Origin: Catajapyx aquilonaris
Taxonomy: Eukaryota
Direction: 5' to 3'
DNA: 36,905 bases
NCBI GenBank assembly: GCA_000934665.2
Contig: JYFJ02003833.1
Span: 1-36,905 of the forward strand
The translations under genes and the position numbers were made by a program. The notes under the pieces were generated by a model that saw only the letters and a program-made list of their open reading frames with translations, had not been told where the DNA came from and searched no databases. This document shows positions 36,508-36,905 of the stretch, piece by piece (position 1 is the first letter of the stretch; each line of letters opens with the position of its first letter).

Positions 36508-36511
36508 TTAA

Positions 36512-36905
36512 AGGGACACTCCACTCAAAATACAAGTTGGGCTCTAAAAATTGGGCAAAAAATCCTGACTCCGAAGGTATAAGCAGTTTTTCTGAGAGAC
36601 GAACGGTAAGGCCAGGGCGAAAGCTGGAAGTGTGTCGTTCGAAAACCGCGCTCAAACGCCCGGCGCAGGTGGCGACGCCACCCTTTGAGGGTGACGTGGA
36701 TAGTAGCGCCACCCTTCCCAACGGCGATTTGGATAAGTTGCCTGCGGGTATGGGGATCCGTGGGGACACGTGGGGATCTGGTTGTGTCCGAAGCCAACTT
36801 CCCCTAGAGCCCGTTGGGAAGGGCGGCGCTCTATCCAACGTCGCCTAACTTGGCCAGGTGGCCAGGCGGAGCCACTCTCGAATTTTTTTCCGACTTTCGT
36901 CTCTT
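36512..36905 (+). mobile_element. Left end of a Kolobok-like DNA transposon (runs off the window)
   Basis: TTAA (36508-36511) is followed by AGGGACACTCCACTCAAAAT, the TTAA+AGGG...CAC.CAAAA style terminus typical of Kolobok elements. The matching right TIR is not in the window. Confidence 0.55.

Noticed and set aside
1..36905. CRISPR arrays, rRNA, intact tRNA, operon-type systems
   Set aside because: No regularly spaced repeat-spacer array outside the coding repeats, no rRNA-like or intact cloverleaf sequence recognised, and the organisation is eukaryotic.

Overview
Eukaryotic, intron-containing genomic DNA, most likely from an invertebrate animal. There are no prokaryotic features such as operons or CRISPR arrays, and most short ORFs in the track are noise. 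Two divergently transcribed genes can be reconstructed. (1) A minus-strand gene with two coding exons (11427-11258 spliced in frame to 11097-8787, about 826 aa) encodes an unrecognised acidic, probably disordered protein. It has a 45-aa duplication and a tandem array of 10-aa 'G-R-T-S-P-R' repeats, and an RFX X-box-like motif lies upstream. (2) A plus-strand gene has exons 21634-21676, 26236-26515 and a 28-nt micro-exon 28904-28931 that splice into a complete N-terminal PH domain (evectin/PLEKHB-like architecture). Its remaining exons were not found in the window. A possible alternative exon for the PH beta1 strand and beta1-beta2 loop lies at 26086/26111-26173. Non-coding space is rich in short palindromic MITE-like elements with TA, TAA or TTAA flanks, and in poly-G/C tracts. 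At the right end a Kolobok-like terminus appears inserted into a Chapaev3-like transposase relic. I found no convincing wholly new biological system. The best leads are the orphan repeat protein and the possible PH beta1 exon switch.
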